DNA of 64,000 nucleotides from Anaerolineae bacterium (GCA_035373625.1 DAOSNS010000023.1:7890-71889); one strand, 5' to 3'; shown: positions 37,465 through 47,533, counted from the stretch's first letter. Translations and numbers: made by a program. Notes: generated from the letters alone by a model not told the origin.

Positions 37465-38796
37465 TCAGGATGCCTGCAACAGACGGTCTACTATTGCCTG
37501 TGAAACCCGGTCCGCAGTTTCTGCATCCCAGCAGGTGGCCAGGTAATGAAAGTTCGTTTGAAGTTGACCGGCAAAGGTCGTCGCAGCGATGGTCAATCCC
37601 CACGGGCTGGCCTGGGTGAATTGCAGGCCGGTCCCCATGTGCAGCCGGGTCAACTCAAACGGCCCATACGTTGTCTCGAAGGCCAATCGTCCCAAATTGG
37701 TTGCTTCGATATACGGCTGGCTGTTTTCAAATAGGCGCGTAAATGCGGCCGCGTCGGTATAGACCCGGCGAAACAACAAACGATATGGCACAAAGAGCAT
37801 ATCCGTTGTCAGTGCCCGGCGTAGATCACCGATGACGGCGCGCGCCAGTGTCCAGAAATCGGTTCCCGGGCGGATCAGATAAGGCCGCACAACCTGTCCT
37901 ACCCACAACCCCAAATGGCGATCGGAAATATCGGTGCGGCAGTAAGGCCGGGCATTTACCGAGGACACGCAATTGATCACCGGTTCGGGGACATTCGCCT
38001 TTTCGCGCAGTTCCGATGCCAACGTCAGCAACAGCGATGCGCTCAACGCACCCTGCATTGTAGTTTGTGCAGTTCGGCAACGATTGATCAGGCGTTCGGT
38101 GTCTTCACGGCTGAACAAATAATGCGTCAATCGGACGTCCCGCCGTTCAAAAGGGATCCATTCTGGCTTCGGATAGTGCTTTTTCCCAAAGCGCAGCGCA
38201 TCGTAACCATAACGCGCAAGAAATGACAGTAGCTTGGGCAAGCCGCGCACTCCGGATACACTTTTGGGGAACCATTGTGGGTCTGGATATAACACGCTCT
38301 GTGGACTCGCTTGCGGCAATCTGACGCCTTGTGCCAGTTGTCCGCAGGCCGCGACGACTTCCCGCACGAAATGGGCCCCCGACATACCATCAGCAGACAA
38401 ATGTTCAAATGTCACAATGAGGTCTGCTTCATTCTGGCGCGTGAGTAACACAGCGCGCGCCAGCGGGCCGCGCGTCAGATCGAATTTGGTGTTGAGTTCG
38501 CGTTCTGCTTCTTCTTGCCAGGCAGTACGATCGGTATTCGTCAACACGCGCACAGGGATGGGCAATGTCGGATGAACAACAAAAGCAGGTGGAGATCCCA
38601 GATCCAGAGATACATTCAAATAATAGTGTTGGCGTTGGACATAGTCCAGCGCTTGCCGCAGAATATCCACATCGAGCGCACCGGAGATCCGCGCAATCAC
38701 GTTGAAAGAGAAATTTGCGGCCTGATCAAGAAGAAGTAAGTTTTGTTCAAAGCGATTACAAGGACGGTTTTTGAATGTTGACGTTGCAGGTTCCAT
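37465..38796 (-). CDS. Stand-alone condensation (C)-domain / PapA5-like acyltransferase
   Basis: Active-site-like FEHLSADGMSG (HHxxxDG variant). N-terminal region typical of C domains. No adjacent NRPS/PKS genes. Confidence 0.65.
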   Translation of the reverse strand: MEPATSTFKNRPCNRFEQNLLLLDQAANFSFNVIARISGALDVDILRQALDYVQRQHYYLNVSLDLGSPPAFVVHPTLPIPVRVLTNTDRTAWQEEAERELNTKFDLTRGPLARAVLLTRQNEADLIVTFEHLSADGMSGAHFVREVVAACGQLAQGVRLPQASPQSVLYPDPQWFPKSVSGVRGLPKLLSFLARYGYDALRFGKKHYPKPEWIPFERRDVRLTHYLFSREDTERLINRCRTAQTTMQGALSASLLLTLASELREKANVPEPVINCVSSVNARPYCRTDISDRHLGLWVGQVVRPYLIRPGTDFWTLARAVIGDLRRALTTDMLFVPYRLLFRRVYTDAAAFTRLFENSQPYIEATNLGRLAFETTYGPFELTRLHMGTGLQFTQASPWGLTIAATTFAGQLQTNFHYLATCWDAETADRVSQAIVDRLLQAS

Positions 38797-38937
38797 AAGT
38801 TATGAGTTACAGACAGAATGTGGTGAGTATACCAGGATTGATACAGCTATATTTTAGCGCAAAATATCCAAAGGCACAAATCAAGAAACCGTTGATTTAA
38901 CCGCAGCGTTCGCCGAGAGCGCGGAGAAATCTTTGGT

Positions 38938-39003
38938 AACAAAAACCCTCCCTAGATGCCATTTTAGCGGCACAACAGACACCACGACGGGACAGAGTTT
39001 CCC
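38938..39003 (-). repeat. Copy B of the dispersed ~66-nt element
   Basis: Reverse complement GGGAAACTCTGTCCCGTCGTGGTGTCTGTTGTGCCGCTAAAATGGCATCTAGGGAGGGTTTTTGT aligns to 20261-20330. Confidence 0.75.
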
Positions 39004-39104
39004 AAATGTGATAACCCTGGGGAACCTTTCCTTATGGGGATTTTGTCATAAAATATAGCTTCTGTCCGGTTTTATTAACCCGGTATCTTTATTTTAGGAA
39101 TTAC

Positions 39105-39959
39105 ATGGAGGACATTATCATGGCATCAGTGTCTATTTTCGTGGACAGCACTTCGGATCTCGGCGCCGAACTTGTGGCGCGGCACCGATTAGAGGTTATC
39201 CCTCTCATCGTGCATTTGGACGGCAAGAGCTATCGGGACGGCATTGATCTCTCTCCCGAACAACTCTTTGCCATGGTCGAGGCCAGCGGCGCTTTGCCGA
39301 CTACCTCGGCGCCTGCCATCGGAGATTTTATCACGGCGTTTTCTGGCCACCCCGATGGCGTCTTTATCGGCATCTCGTCAAAACTCTCCGGCACGGTCAA
39401 CAATGCGCTGTTAGCTATGCAGGCCATCCCGGAATGTCGCGTCCGCGTGGTGGATTCGTTGACGCTCTCCTCGGCCATCGGCCTGCTGGCGCTCAAGGCT
39501 GCGGATCTGCGCGACGCCGGTGCAAGTGCGGAGGAGATTCAGGCGGCCATTGAGGCTTTGCGCCCCAAAGTGCGCATGTCCTTTGCCCTGGAAACGATGC
39601 GCTATCTCTATATGGGTGGGCGTTGCACGGCATTGCAGAGTCTGGCCGCCAGCATGTTGAAGATCCGCCCCATCATCGCCGGGATGCCGGATGGGACATT
39701 GGGACTCAAGGCCAAAATTCGAGGCACCCGCAGTCGCGCCCTGGAAGCATTGCTACAGGATTTTGAGGAAGCCCTGCCCAACGTTGACCTGCAACGGGTT
39801 TTCGTCACCCACGCTGCTGCAGCCGAGGATGCCGCTTACCTGGCGGAAAGACTCACCGCGCTGGCGCCCATTCAAGAGCTGCACATCACGACCGCCGGCG
39901 CGGTCATATCCAGCCATTGTGGTCCGAGCACGATTGGGATCCTGTATTTGCTAAAATGA
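39105..39959 (+). CDS. DegV family fatty-acid-binding protein
   Basis: VSIFVDSTSDLGAELVARHRLEVIPLIVHLDGKSYRDGIDLSPEQLF. ATG 39120 has better SD spacing. Confidence 0.85.
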   Translation: MEDIIMASVSIFVDSTSDLGAELVARHRLEVIPLIVHLDGKSYRDGIDLSPEQLFAMVEASGALPTTSAPAIGDFITAFSGHPDGVFIGISSKLSGTVNNALLAMQAIPECRVRVVDSLTLSSAIGLLALKAADLRDAGASAEEIQAAIEALRPKVRMSFALETMRYLYMGGRCTALQSLAASMLKIRPIIAGMPDGTLGLKAKIRGTRSRALEALLQDFEEALPNVDLQRVFVTHAAAAEDAAYLAERLTALAPIQELHITTAGAVISSHCGPSTIGILYLLK

Positions 39960-39987
39960 TTTACGGGCAGGTCGGTAGCGTGGAGGC

Positions 39988-40012
39988 CGGGACGCCGAAG
40001 TTGGGCGTCCCG
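39988..40012 (+). terminator. Candidate terminator hairpin after degV-like gene
   Basis: CGGGACGCC-GAAGTTG-GGCGTCCCG (9-bp stem); weak T tail. Confidence 0.45.
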
Positions 40013-40026
40013 ACTTCATTTGTGAA

Positions 40027-40068
40027 CAAAAAAGCCTCTACTCCACATCTGATGGTGTGAGTAGAGGC
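40027..40068 (-). terminator. Rho-independent terminator downstream of tRNA-Lys
   Basis: Minus strand GCCTCTACTC-15 nt-GAGTAGAGGC (10-bp stem) followed by TTTTTTG. Confidence 0.7.
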
Positions 40069-40125
40069 CATCAGTCTTTCACGACAACGGGCAACTGCCC
40101 CGCGAGCCTCATCGCTTTTCAAAGA

Positions 40126-40198
40126 TGACCCGCACAGGACTCGAACCTGTAACCAAGGGATTAAGAGTCCCCTGCTCTACCATTTGAGCTAGCGGGCC
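40126..40198 (-). tRNA. tRNA-Lys (anticodon CTT), 73 nt, no encoded CCA
   Basis: Reverse complement GGCCCGCTAGCTCAAATGGTAGAGCAGGGGACTCTTAATCCCTTGGTTACAGGTTCGAGTCCTGTGCGGGTCA folds into a cloverleaf: 7-bp acceptor, GCTC/GAGC D stem, GGGGA/TCCCT anticodon stem, ACAGG/CCTGT T stem, TTCGAGT loop. Confidence 0.93.
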
Positions 40199-40216
40199 TG
40201 TCTGGCAACCACTCTG

Positions 40217-40244
40217 TTTATACCACATTCCCTAAACTTGGCAA
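40217..40244 (-). promoter_or_regulatory. Promoter for tRNA-Lys: TTGCCA, 16-nt spacer, TGGTATAAA
   Basis: Minus strand: TTGCCA (40239-40244) and TATAAA (40217-40222), about 19 nt upstream of the tRNA 5' end. Confidence 0.6.
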
Positions 40245-40268
40245 GGAAACCAACGTCATACGCCCCTA

Positions 40269-40307
40269 TAAAAACGCAACGTCCCCACACGGCGGTGGGA
40301 ACGTTGC
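40269..40307 (-). terminator. Rho-independent terminator after the YtxH gene
   Basis: Minus strand GCAACGTTCCCAC-loop-GTGGGGACGTTGC (13-bp stem with one G-U) followed by GTTTTTAT. Confidence 0.75.
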
Positions 40308-40417
40308 AGGATGAAACCACAAAAACCTTAAACGGCTGCTTATGACGCCCCTTTACATCGTGGAGTTCGATCTGCAAAGCAGCCACATCGGCTTTTGCCG
40401 GGGCGAAACGGTAACGG

Positions 40418-40792
40418 CTAGGCGGCAGGAGCCTCAGCGGCTTTTTCTTCTACCGGAGCTGCCCCCTTCTGAAGTTTTTCTTTGACCTGGCTTTGTTTCT
40501 CTTCGATCAATGTCTTGGTCTGTTCTTGCAGCTCCTTGGCACGGGTTTGCAGCTCTTTGGTGGCCTCTTCGAGCTTGCGCCGAGCATCGTTCAGCAATTG
40601 TTCGGCCTTGGTGCGCGCTTCCTCGGCCTTGTGGGTGGCCTGCTCACTGAGCTCGATGCTCTTCTTCTGAATTTGCTCGCGCGTCTCCTGCCCGGACTGC
40701 GGCGCAAAGAGCATGCCCGCCGCCGCTCCCAGCAGCGCACCGACAAAAAATCCGATCAAAAAGGTACCGAAATCATTCTCATGGTTGGACAT
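40418..40792 (-). CDS. YtxH-domain protein (TM plus coiled coil)
   Basis: GFFVGALLGAAAGMLFAPQSGQETREQI. AGGAGG lies 8 nt before ATG 40792. Confidence 0.75.
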   Translation of the reverse strand: MSNHENDFGTFLIGFFVGALLGAAAGMLFAPQSGQETREQIQKKSIELSEQATHKAEEARTKAEQLLNDARRKLEEATKELQTRAKELQEQTKTLIEEKQSQVKEKLQKGAAPVEEKAAEAPAA

Positions 40793-41318
40793 CTTCATTA
40801 CCTCCTATGGTTGAACTTTGGGATGACTTTGAACGCGGCCGCGCCGCTCCTGCAATGTGGACTAGATCACCGGTGACCCGTTGCACTGCAGCGGCAAACC
40901 CGGCCAGCTTGATAAATGGCGACACGACATTGTGGCTCACAAATGCAGTCGTTCCACGTACTGTGGATGCCGTATCGTTGACCGAACGCAACAAAGGCTG
41001 AATTTCATCGCGGAGGACCTGGATCAACGTCTGAATCTGGAAGATCAACAGTAGCACCGCCAACCCGATCAAGAACGTTTCTACCGCGACGAAGACAATT
41101 GCGATGTCACGGATAACCTGTGTGGCCTGCGCATGCGTCGCCATCAACACAATCGCAGTAACCAGAAGGATCAGGAGCAACACTGCCCCCCCGATGATCA
41201 TGATCTGGGTGCGCTTGCTCATTGGTGCTGTCGGTTGTCCTTCCCCTACCGGAATGGGGGTGACTGTGGCCTTTGTCGGTGCTTCTGTCGGGTGCGTTTG
41301 CGAAGTCTCTGTCTCCAT
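40779..41318 (-). CDS. Membrane protein, DUF948-like (commonly paired with YtxH)
   Basis: Single long TM region then a helical domain. Start moved to ATG 41318 (GGAGGAGGG SD), because the -10 box lies only 5 nt from the track start 41345. Confidence 0.5.
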   Translation of the reverse strand: METETSQTHPTEAPTKATVTPIPVGEGQPTAPMSKRTQIMIIGGAVLLLILLVTAIVLMATHAQATQVIRDIAIVFVAVETFLIGLAVLLLIFQIQTLIQVLRDEIQPLLRSVNDTASTVRGTTAFVSHNVVSPFIKLAGFAAAVQRVTGDLVHIAGAARPRSKSSQSSTIGGNEDVQP

Positions 41319-41349
41319 AATGCCCTCCTCCATAAGCTCGTACAATTAG

Positions 41350-41378
41350 ATTATACCATGTTACTATAAAAGAAACAA
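41350..41378 (-). promoter_or_regulatory. Sigma-70-type promoter: TTGTTT, 17-nt spacer, TGGTATAAT
   Basis: Minus strand: TTGTTT (41373-41378) and TATAAT (41350-41355) with an upstream TGG. Confidence 0.55.
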
Positions 41379-41444
41379 GGCGGGGAACAATCGCGCAATT
41401 ATTTTAGCATTGCTTTCTGTCCTGTTCACGGTAGAATTTGTATT

Positions 41445-42206
41445 ATGCCAACGCCATTTCAACATCTGGTTTATGCACGCACTGTGCTTGAAGATGCTCG
41501 TTTGCCTGAGTCAATCCGGCAGCGGATAGGGGCTTATATGGGCGCTTATCTGCTGGGCAACACTGCCGTAGATGTGCAATCCATCACCGGCCAAGAACGT
41601 TTTGAAACGCACTTCTATCACGTCCACGGCGAGGCCGACAGGCGTGCCAGCGAAGCGTTGCTGGCGGCCTATCCGCATCTGGCGGCCCCGGAGCGTCTGG
41701 ATGCGGCACATGCAGCCTTCATCAGCGGCTATCTGGTCCACCTGGTCTGGGATGAATGTTGGTTGCGCGAGATTTTTCGGCCTTTCTATATGGAATCGTC
41801 CCTGTGGTCTGATCGTCTCACTTGCAATGTCCACCATAACGCGCTGCGGGTACTCGTGGATCGCCAGGCCGAAGCCATCCTGCGTACCTGGCCGGATGTG
41901 GTACCGCTTCTGCGCAGCGTGCAACCTGATCACTGGTTGCCATTTGTGGACAACACGGCGCTTTGCCGCTGGCGCGATTGGTTGGTGACGCAACTGGTGG
42001 ATCCGGCAGCCGTGCAAACAACGCAGGTCTTTGCCGAACGTATGGGAATCTCGCCGGAGCACCTGGAGGCGGTGATCCGCGCCGTGGAACAGGATACCTA
42101 CATGCCGCCCGTGCCCGGCCTCGCCGCCGCACTAAGCACCTTCGAGGCCCACGCCCGCGCCGAGAGCCTCGAAATACTCAAGAAGTATTGGGGATTAGGA
42201 AGTTGA
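41445..42206 (+). CDS. Hypothetical protein, possibly zinc-dependent phospholipase C-like fold
   Basis: Clean ORF with good coding appearance. His-rich N-terminal pattern (FQHLVY..., ETHFYH). Function weakly supported. Confidence 0.45.
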   Translation: MPTPFQHLVYARTVLEDARLPESIRQRIGAYMGAYLLGNTAVDVQSITGQERFETHFYHVHGEADRRASEALLAAYPHLAAPERLDAAHAAFISGYLVHLVWDECWLREIFRPFYMESSLWSDRLTCNVHHNALRVLVDRQAEAILRTWPDVVPLLRSVQPDHWLPFVDNTALCRWRDWLVTQLVDPAAVQTTQVFAERMGISPEHLEAVIRAVEQDTYMPPVPGLAAALSTFEAHARAESLEILKKYWGLGS

Positions 42207-42230
42207 GGTTATTTTATACAAGGAGAGACC

Positions 42231-44069
42231 ATGAAAATCCATCGTTTGATGCTTGCGCTGTTATGTTGTGTGGGGTCGTTGATGGGACAGACGCCGGTTA
42301 GCGTGCCGGCTATGGTGCCGGCGGATACGCTGCCCGATGTGGCTTCCTATGTTATTGCCGCCACCTATGATCCTGCGACGCATACGATCACCGGACAGCA
42401 AACGGCGACCTACGTCAACCGTACTTCTGTTGCCATTCCCACCCTGGTCTTCCACCTGTATCTCAACGCTTTCCGCAGTACCGAGACCCTTTGGATGCGT
42501 GAATCCGGCCTGGGGCTGCGTGGCTACGCCTATGACCCCCATGCCCCCGGCTGGATGCGCATTGAGCAAATCACATTGGATGACGGCACACCCCTGACCG
42601 TGAAATCGTTGGATGACGATGAGACACTTGTCGAAGCGGCGCTGCCACAATCGGTTGCCCCTGGCACTGCCGTGACGGTGCGGATCACTTTCACCGCTCA
42701 ACTGCCCAAAGTCTTCGCTCGCGTTGGCTGGGCGGATAATGGCAATTTTGTGTTCGCTGGACAGTGGTTCCCCAAGTTCGGCGTTTGGGAGAACGGCGCG
42801 TGGAACGCTTATCCCTTCCATGCTAACAGCGAATTCTACGCCGATTTTGGCCGCTACGACGTGGCACTCACCTTGCCACAAGGGTGGGGCGTCGCTGCGA
42901 CCGGTACCGCTGATGCCGCCGTGACCGTCAATGCCGATGGCACGGCAACGCATACCTTTGTCGCCGAACACGTGATTGATTTCGCCTGGACCGCCTCACC
43001 GGCCTTCCGCGAGCTGACCCGCAGCGTTGACGGCGTGGCCGTGCACGTGGTTTACTATCCCCGGCAGCGTGCCATGGCCCGCCGTGCTCTTGAAGCGACC
43101 GCGGGTGCGCTGCCGCTCTACAATGCCTGGTTTGGTCCCTACGGCAAGGGACACTACCCCCGGCTTACCGTCGTCATCGTTCCGCCGGATGCGGGCGGCG
43201 CGGGGGGAATGGAGTACCCCACGCTCTTCACCGTGGGCGCAATGGGCGGCTTCATGCCGGCATGCCTGCGGATGATCGAAGTGGAAACTGTTCATGAGCT
43301 GGGTCATCAGTGGTTTCAATCGGTCGTTGCCACCAATGAGGCCGAGGAACCCTGGCTGGACGAAGGCTTCACGGATTACACTACCGTTCGCGCGATGAAC
43401 GCTCTTTACAACGGCGCGCTCTTTGATTGCGGCGGATGGAACTTCTCCTATCTGGCGATGCACCGTATGGAGTATATGATGTCACCCGACACTCCCATGG
43501 CCGGGGCGGCCTGGGATTATGATTTTATGCGGTACGGAGTTGTCGCGTATTCCAAGCCGGCACTGTCACTTACAACGGTCGAGCGTACCGTTGGCGAGAC
43601 GGCCATGCGGCGCTTTTTGAGCACCTATTTTGATCGTTATGCCTTCGCGCATCCTCACGCTGAAGATGTGCGCGCGGTGATGACCGAGACACTCGGCGCG
43701 GAAGTCGCCGGCTGGTTCTTCGATACGTTGGTCTACGGCGACGGCACGGTGGACGCACAGGTCGTCATTCAGGATGGCGAGGTGACGTTGGAGCGCCGGG
43801 GCGAGGCTTGTATCCCCACAACGGTCAGGGTCACGCACGGTCGGCAGGAGGATGCGGAAACCATCCCCTGGCCCTGTGAACAGGCGACGTTGACGCCTGG
43901 CGATAGCCCACGCAGCGTTGAGATTGACCCCGATCACGCCATCGTGCTTGATCAAAACCTGATTAACAACGGACGAAACCGCGCGCCTGACCTGGCGACC
44001 TGGTTAGGGATCGTGGTGCGCTGGACGCGGGCGCTGCAAGATTTCTTCTGGGGAGGTGCAACATGGTAG
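42231..44069 (+). CDS. Secreted M1-family zinc metallopeptidase (aminopeptidase N-like)
   Basis: HELGH-X18-E (VHELGHQWFQSVVATNEAEEPWLDEGFTDY). Signal-like N-terminus. Confidence 0.85.
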   Translation: MKIHRLMLALLCCVGSLMGQTPVSVPAMVPADTLPDVASYVIAATYDPATHTITGQQTATYVNRTSVAIPTLVFHLYLNAFRSTETLWMRESGLGLRGYAYDPHAPGWMRIEQITLDDGTPLTVKSLDDDETLVEAALPQSVAPGTAVTVRITFTAQLPKVFARVGWADNGNFVFAGQWFPKFGVWENGAWNAYPFHANSEFYADFGRYDVALTLPQGWGVAATGTADAAVTVNADGTATHTFVAEHVIDFAWTASPAFRELTRSVDGVAVHVVYYPRQRAMARRALEATAGALPLYNAWFGPYGKGHYPRLTVVIVPPDAGGAGGMEYPTLFTVGAMGGFMPACLRMIEVETVHELGHQWFQSVVATNEAEEPWLDEGFTDYTTVRAMNALYNGALFDCGGWNFSYLAMHRMEYMMSPDTPMAGAAWDYDFMRYGVVAYSKPALSLTTVERTVGETAMRRFLSTYFDRYAFAHPHAEDVRAVMTETLGAEVAGWFFDTLVYGDGTVDAQVVIQDGEVTLERRGEACIPTTVRVTHGRQEDAETIPWPCEQATLTPGDSPRSVEIDPDHAIVLDQNLINNGRNRAPDLATWLGIVVRWTRALQDFFWGGATW

Positions 44070-44932
44070 ACGACGTCCTTGCCGTGCAACTCATACCGGA
44101 ATCCCCGTCACCTGTGCCGCTCCGCGACTACCTGCGGCGTGCCGTACAACGTCCACGGGCGTGGGCGCTGGCGTATCTCCTTACGACCATTCCCGCCCTG
44201 GCCCTGGCCCTGCTGACCGGCCTGGCGATTTTACCGTTGACGCGCTACCCGGCTCTGCGTTATGCCCTTGAAGCGCGCTCGTTGGACCTGTTGACCGATC
44301 TGGCCTCGCTCGACGTGCAGGGTGGGGGCTTTGCAGTGGTGGGAATGATTGCTTTGCTGCTTGTGCTTCCGGTAGCCATCGTCATCAAGCTCGTGTGGGT
44401 GTGGCTGGAAGGCGGAACGCTGGCCGATTATGCCGCGCCGACAACACTCTCCTGGCACGCGTTTCGCCAGGCCGGACGGCGGTGGTTTGCTGTTCTCCTC
44501 GTCTTGAATCTCATTGGGACGGCGATGCTTCTGGTGATCGGCGGAGCGACGCTGTTGCCGGCGTTACTCGTCTACACGCGCTTTCCTACGTTGGCGTGGG
44601 GGATCGGCGCCGTGGGGTTGGTGGTGGCCGGACTCTGGGCCACGTGGATCGAGATGGCGCGCGCTGTGGCGGTGGTGTATGACGAGCGTCACGCCTTGCA
44701 TGCCTTGAAACGCGCCGCACACACGTTGGTACGCCAATGGCGTCCTCTGTTCCTGCTGATAGGTGGCAGTCTGCTGCTGTTCGGTGTGCTGTTCCTGTTA
44801 CACCGCTGGTCCATACGCCGGTTGCCGTTGGATTGGTGGCTGCCGACATTGGCGATCCAGCAAGTGTATACGATGCTCCGGCTCGGCATCCGCCTGACAC
44901 GCCAGGCCGGGCAGGTGGGAGTATGTCGGTAA
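44063..44932 (+). CDS. Polytopic membrane protein, unknown function, translationally coupled to the M1 peptidase gene
   Basis: ATG 44063 overlaps the upstream stop (ATGGTAG). About 6 hydrophobic segments. Confidence 0.55.
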   Translation: MVDDVLAVQLIPESPSPVPLRDYLRRAVQRPRAWALAYLLTTIPALALALLTGLAILPLTRYPALRYALEARSLDLLTDLASLDVQGGGFAVVGMIALLLVLPVAIVIKLVWVWLEGGTLADYAAPTTLSWHAFRQAGRRWFAVLLVLNLIGTAMLLVIGGATLLPALLVYTRFPTLAWGIGAVGLVVAGLWATWIEMARAVAVVYDERHALHALKRAAHTLVRQWRPLFLLIGGSLLLFGVLFLLHRWSIRRLPLDWWLPTLAIQQVYTMLRLGIRLTRQAGQVGVCR

Positions 44933-45024
44933 ATCGAGGCGGTGACTACTTTGGACAGGATTAACAGATTTTCTGCCTGAAATTGGTTGACACTTTCGGC
45001 CATCTTGAAAGATCGGCGGCCTGT

Positions 45025-45050
45025 AAGGGCGGGAAACCGCCCTTTTATCA
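45025..45050 (+). terminator. Rho-independent terminator
   Basis: AAGGGCGG-GAAA-CCGCCCTT followed by TTATCATTCTT. Confidence 0.7.
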
Positions 45051-45080
45051 TTCTTAGCGCGGATCTGGCGATCCACTCGT

Positions 45081-45118
45081 GGCCTGTCTGTTGTGCCTCT
45101 TTCCCCGACCTCTAGGCC
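45081..45118 (+). repeat. Partial copy C of the dispersed element (core GGCCTGTCTGTTGTGCC ... CTCTAGG)
   Basis: The 14-nt core CTGTCTGTTGTGCC is identical to copies A and B. Confidence 0.5.
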
Positions 45119-45235
45119 ATATTCAGTTGCCGGAGGCGGCCAAATGTGATGGCCCTGATAAAGCCCTGGTTTGCGTAAGTCATGTATTAATGAATGTGGT
45201 ATAATTAAAAAAATATACGATAGTGAGAAAAGTGT

Positions 45236-47533
45236 ATGTCAAAACGTAAGAAACGTTCACGCTCTGCACCTAATCGGCAAGGCGCAGCGACGTTGCGGAC
45301 GCGCGGCGTCAATGCTTTTCAGTCGGGGGACTACGACCAGGCTATTGAAACCTGGGTGCGAGTCCGTTCCCAGTCCCCGGAGATGTTGCCGGCTGCCGCA
45401 CTGGCGGAGGCTTACTTTCGGCGAGGGCTGGAGTCTCTCAACAAGACACCGCCCGATTTCGAGAAAGGGATGCGTGACCTGCGCCGCGCTGTAGAATTGC
45501 ATCCGGAGGATGAGTGCTACACTTATCATCTGGGGTTGGCTTGCCAACGTAGCGGCGACCTTAAGACGGCCATCACCTATTACGAAAAGGTACGCAAAAA
45601 TCCCGATAGCCCGTTTGCCCACCGCGCAGCCTATCCGCTGGCGTTGGCCTTGCTCCAGGAAGGCGTTGATCCTACCGGCAAAGGGGTGTGGGCGGACCTC
45701 ACCGAGCAAGAGCGTACTATGTTGCGCAGTGCGGGGGTATTTCGCCGCCGGCCTTATGGACTTGACGGGGATGCACCGCTGCTTTGGCATGGGCTGGCCG
45801 CGTTGGATGCCGGCGAGACGGAAAAAGCACGCGATCTGTTGCAGCAGGCGCTTCGTTCGCCCGGCTCGCTGCAGGAAGCCAATATCGCCCGATATTATCT
45901 GGGGGTGCTGGCCGCGCGCGCCGAAGATTGGGATGAAGCGCGCAAGCGGTGGACGGAAGCCTATGCCCAGGGCTATCGTTCGACATGCCTCTCTCAGAAC
46001 CTGGGAGAACTCTATTTCCGACTGGCCGAACAGTGTTTAAGTGAAGGCGACGCAGAAAGCGCCCTGGCTGCTGCCAATGAGTCTGCCCGACACGGACCAG
46101 CCGATGGGCGTTTCAATGAAGTGCTTTCCTCTATCCATCAACGGTTGGGGTATCAGGCCGCTTTGGCCAGCCGCTGGGACAAGGCGCTGGATCATTGGGA
46201 AGCCGCTCGTGACTTAGACGGTGGCAATTTCCGTCTGGCCTACAACCTGGCACTGGCCTATGAGAAGATTGAGAACTTTATCGCCGCCGGGGAGATGTGG
46301 CGCGAAGCCCTGCGCCGTCGCCCACGCAGGGCTGAGCATCCCGACGCCATCACCGATGAACAGGTGGCGTTGTTATGGAAGCGCGCCGCCGAAGCCTACG
46401 TCAAAGCCGGGGAGTATGAAGAAGCCATCAACGTTTATAAACAGGCCGTTAAGTGGAATCCCGAAGACCTGGAAATCCGTATGGCCCTGGTGGATGGACT
46501 TATCAACGATGGGCGGTTGTGGGCTGCAGAAAACGAACTCCAGCGAATTCTGGAGAAAAATGCGGATTATATCCCTGCTCTGTTGCGGTTGGGGGAAGTG
46601 TTGGCGGAAAATGACGACTGGTGGATAAAAAGGAACGCCACCAATTATTGGAAACGTGTTTTGGCCCTCGATCCGCATAACATCGAGGCGCGGGACGCAC
46701 TGGCGAATTATTATCTGGACGAAGGCGAAAATCAGCTTTCGCGGTTGGGTGACTATCAGTCGGCTCTCGCCGTCTTCGAGCAAGCCTTGCAGTACCGGTC
46801 TGATGATGCTTATTTGCTGGCGCGTGTGGGCATGTGTTATATGAATCTGGAGCAGACGGAAACCGCGGAATCCTTTTTGGATCGCGCGCTCAATTGTGGG
46901 GCGTCGGATTTGCGTGTGTACGAGCAACTCATCCGTACCTGGCTTGATGGATTCAAGCCAGAACGTGCCTGGGAGGTTATGCGCCTGGCCGAAGCGCGGA
47001 TCAAGGACATCCCTTATCAATTCTACGTCGTGCAGGGCGTCTATGCGATGGAAGTTGAGCCTGCTTGGGGAAAGGCGTGGCTGGATCGTGCGGCTGAGGT
47101 GATACCCCCTGCTGAAGATCCCCTGGCGAAGATCGGTCACCTTTTGGTCTTGTCAATGTTTCCCGACATCGCGCAGCAATATCTGGAAAGCGCTTTGGCG
47201 GCCGGGCAGGATGTGGCACACGTAAACTTGTCACTGGCGATGCTCGCGTTGCGGCGCGGTGACACCCAGGCGGCAAAACGTTACCTGCGTGATGCGGAAA
47301 GAGCTGCCCGTAAGGTCAACGATCAGAATATCGGCAAGACCATTGCGGTGGTGCGCGATTTAATAAATATGCCGCCCGAGCTGCTCAACTTAATGTTACA
47401 AGGCATCATTTCGGGCGCGATAGGTGGACCGGGAGGACTGCCGTTCCCCGGCCTGTTTGACCTTGAAGAATACGACGATGATGAGGAGGAATGGGACGAT
47501 GACGATCAATTCTTCAATCCCTTCCGATATTGA
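45236..47533 (+). CDS. Large TPR-repeat protein with acidic/aromatic C-terminus
   Basis: Many 34-aa TPR-like units (e.g. AEAYFRRGLESL, YHLGLACQRSGDLKTAITYYEKV). Tail EEYDDDEEEWDDDDQFFNPFRY. Confidence 0.75.
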   Translation: MSKRKKRSRSAPNRQGAATLRTRGVNAFQSGDYDQAIETWVRVRSQSPEMLPAAALAEAYFRRGLESLNKTPPDFEKGMRDLRRAVELHPEDECYTYHLGLACQRSGDLKTAITYYEKVRKNPDSPFAHRAAYPLALALLQEGVDPTGKGVWADLTEQERTMLRSAGVFRRRPYGLDGDAPLLWHGLAALDAGETEKARDLLQQALRSPGSLQEANIARYYLGVLAARAEDWDEARKRWTEAYAQGYRSTCLSQNLGELYFRLAEQCLSEGDAESALAAANESARHGPADGRFNEVLSSIHQRLGYQAALASRWDKALDHWEAARDLDGGNFRLAYNLALAYEKIENFIAAGEMWREALRRRPRRAEHPDAITDEQVALLWKRAAEAYVKAGEYEEAINVYKQAVKWNPEDLEIRMALVDGLINDGRLWAAENELQRILEKNADYIPALLRLGEVLAENDDWWIKRNATNYWKRVLALDPHNIEARDALANYYLDEGENQLSRLGDYQSALAVFEQALQYRSDDAYLLARVGMCYMNLEQTETAESFLDRALNCGASDLRVYEQLIRTWLDGFKPERAWEVMRLAEARIKDIPYQFYVVQGVYAMEVEPAWGKAWLDRAAEVIPPAEDPLAKIGHLLVLSMFPDIAQQYLESALAAGQDVAHVNLSLAMLALRRGDTQAAKRYLRDAERAARKVNDQNIGKTIAVVRDLINMPPELLNLMLQGIISGAIGGPGGLPFPGLFDLEEYDDDEEEWDDDDQFFNPFRY

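Noticed and set aside
40189-40386. 65-aa minus-strand ORF
   Set aside because: It overlaps the tRNA-Lys 5' end, its promoter and a terminator hairpin.
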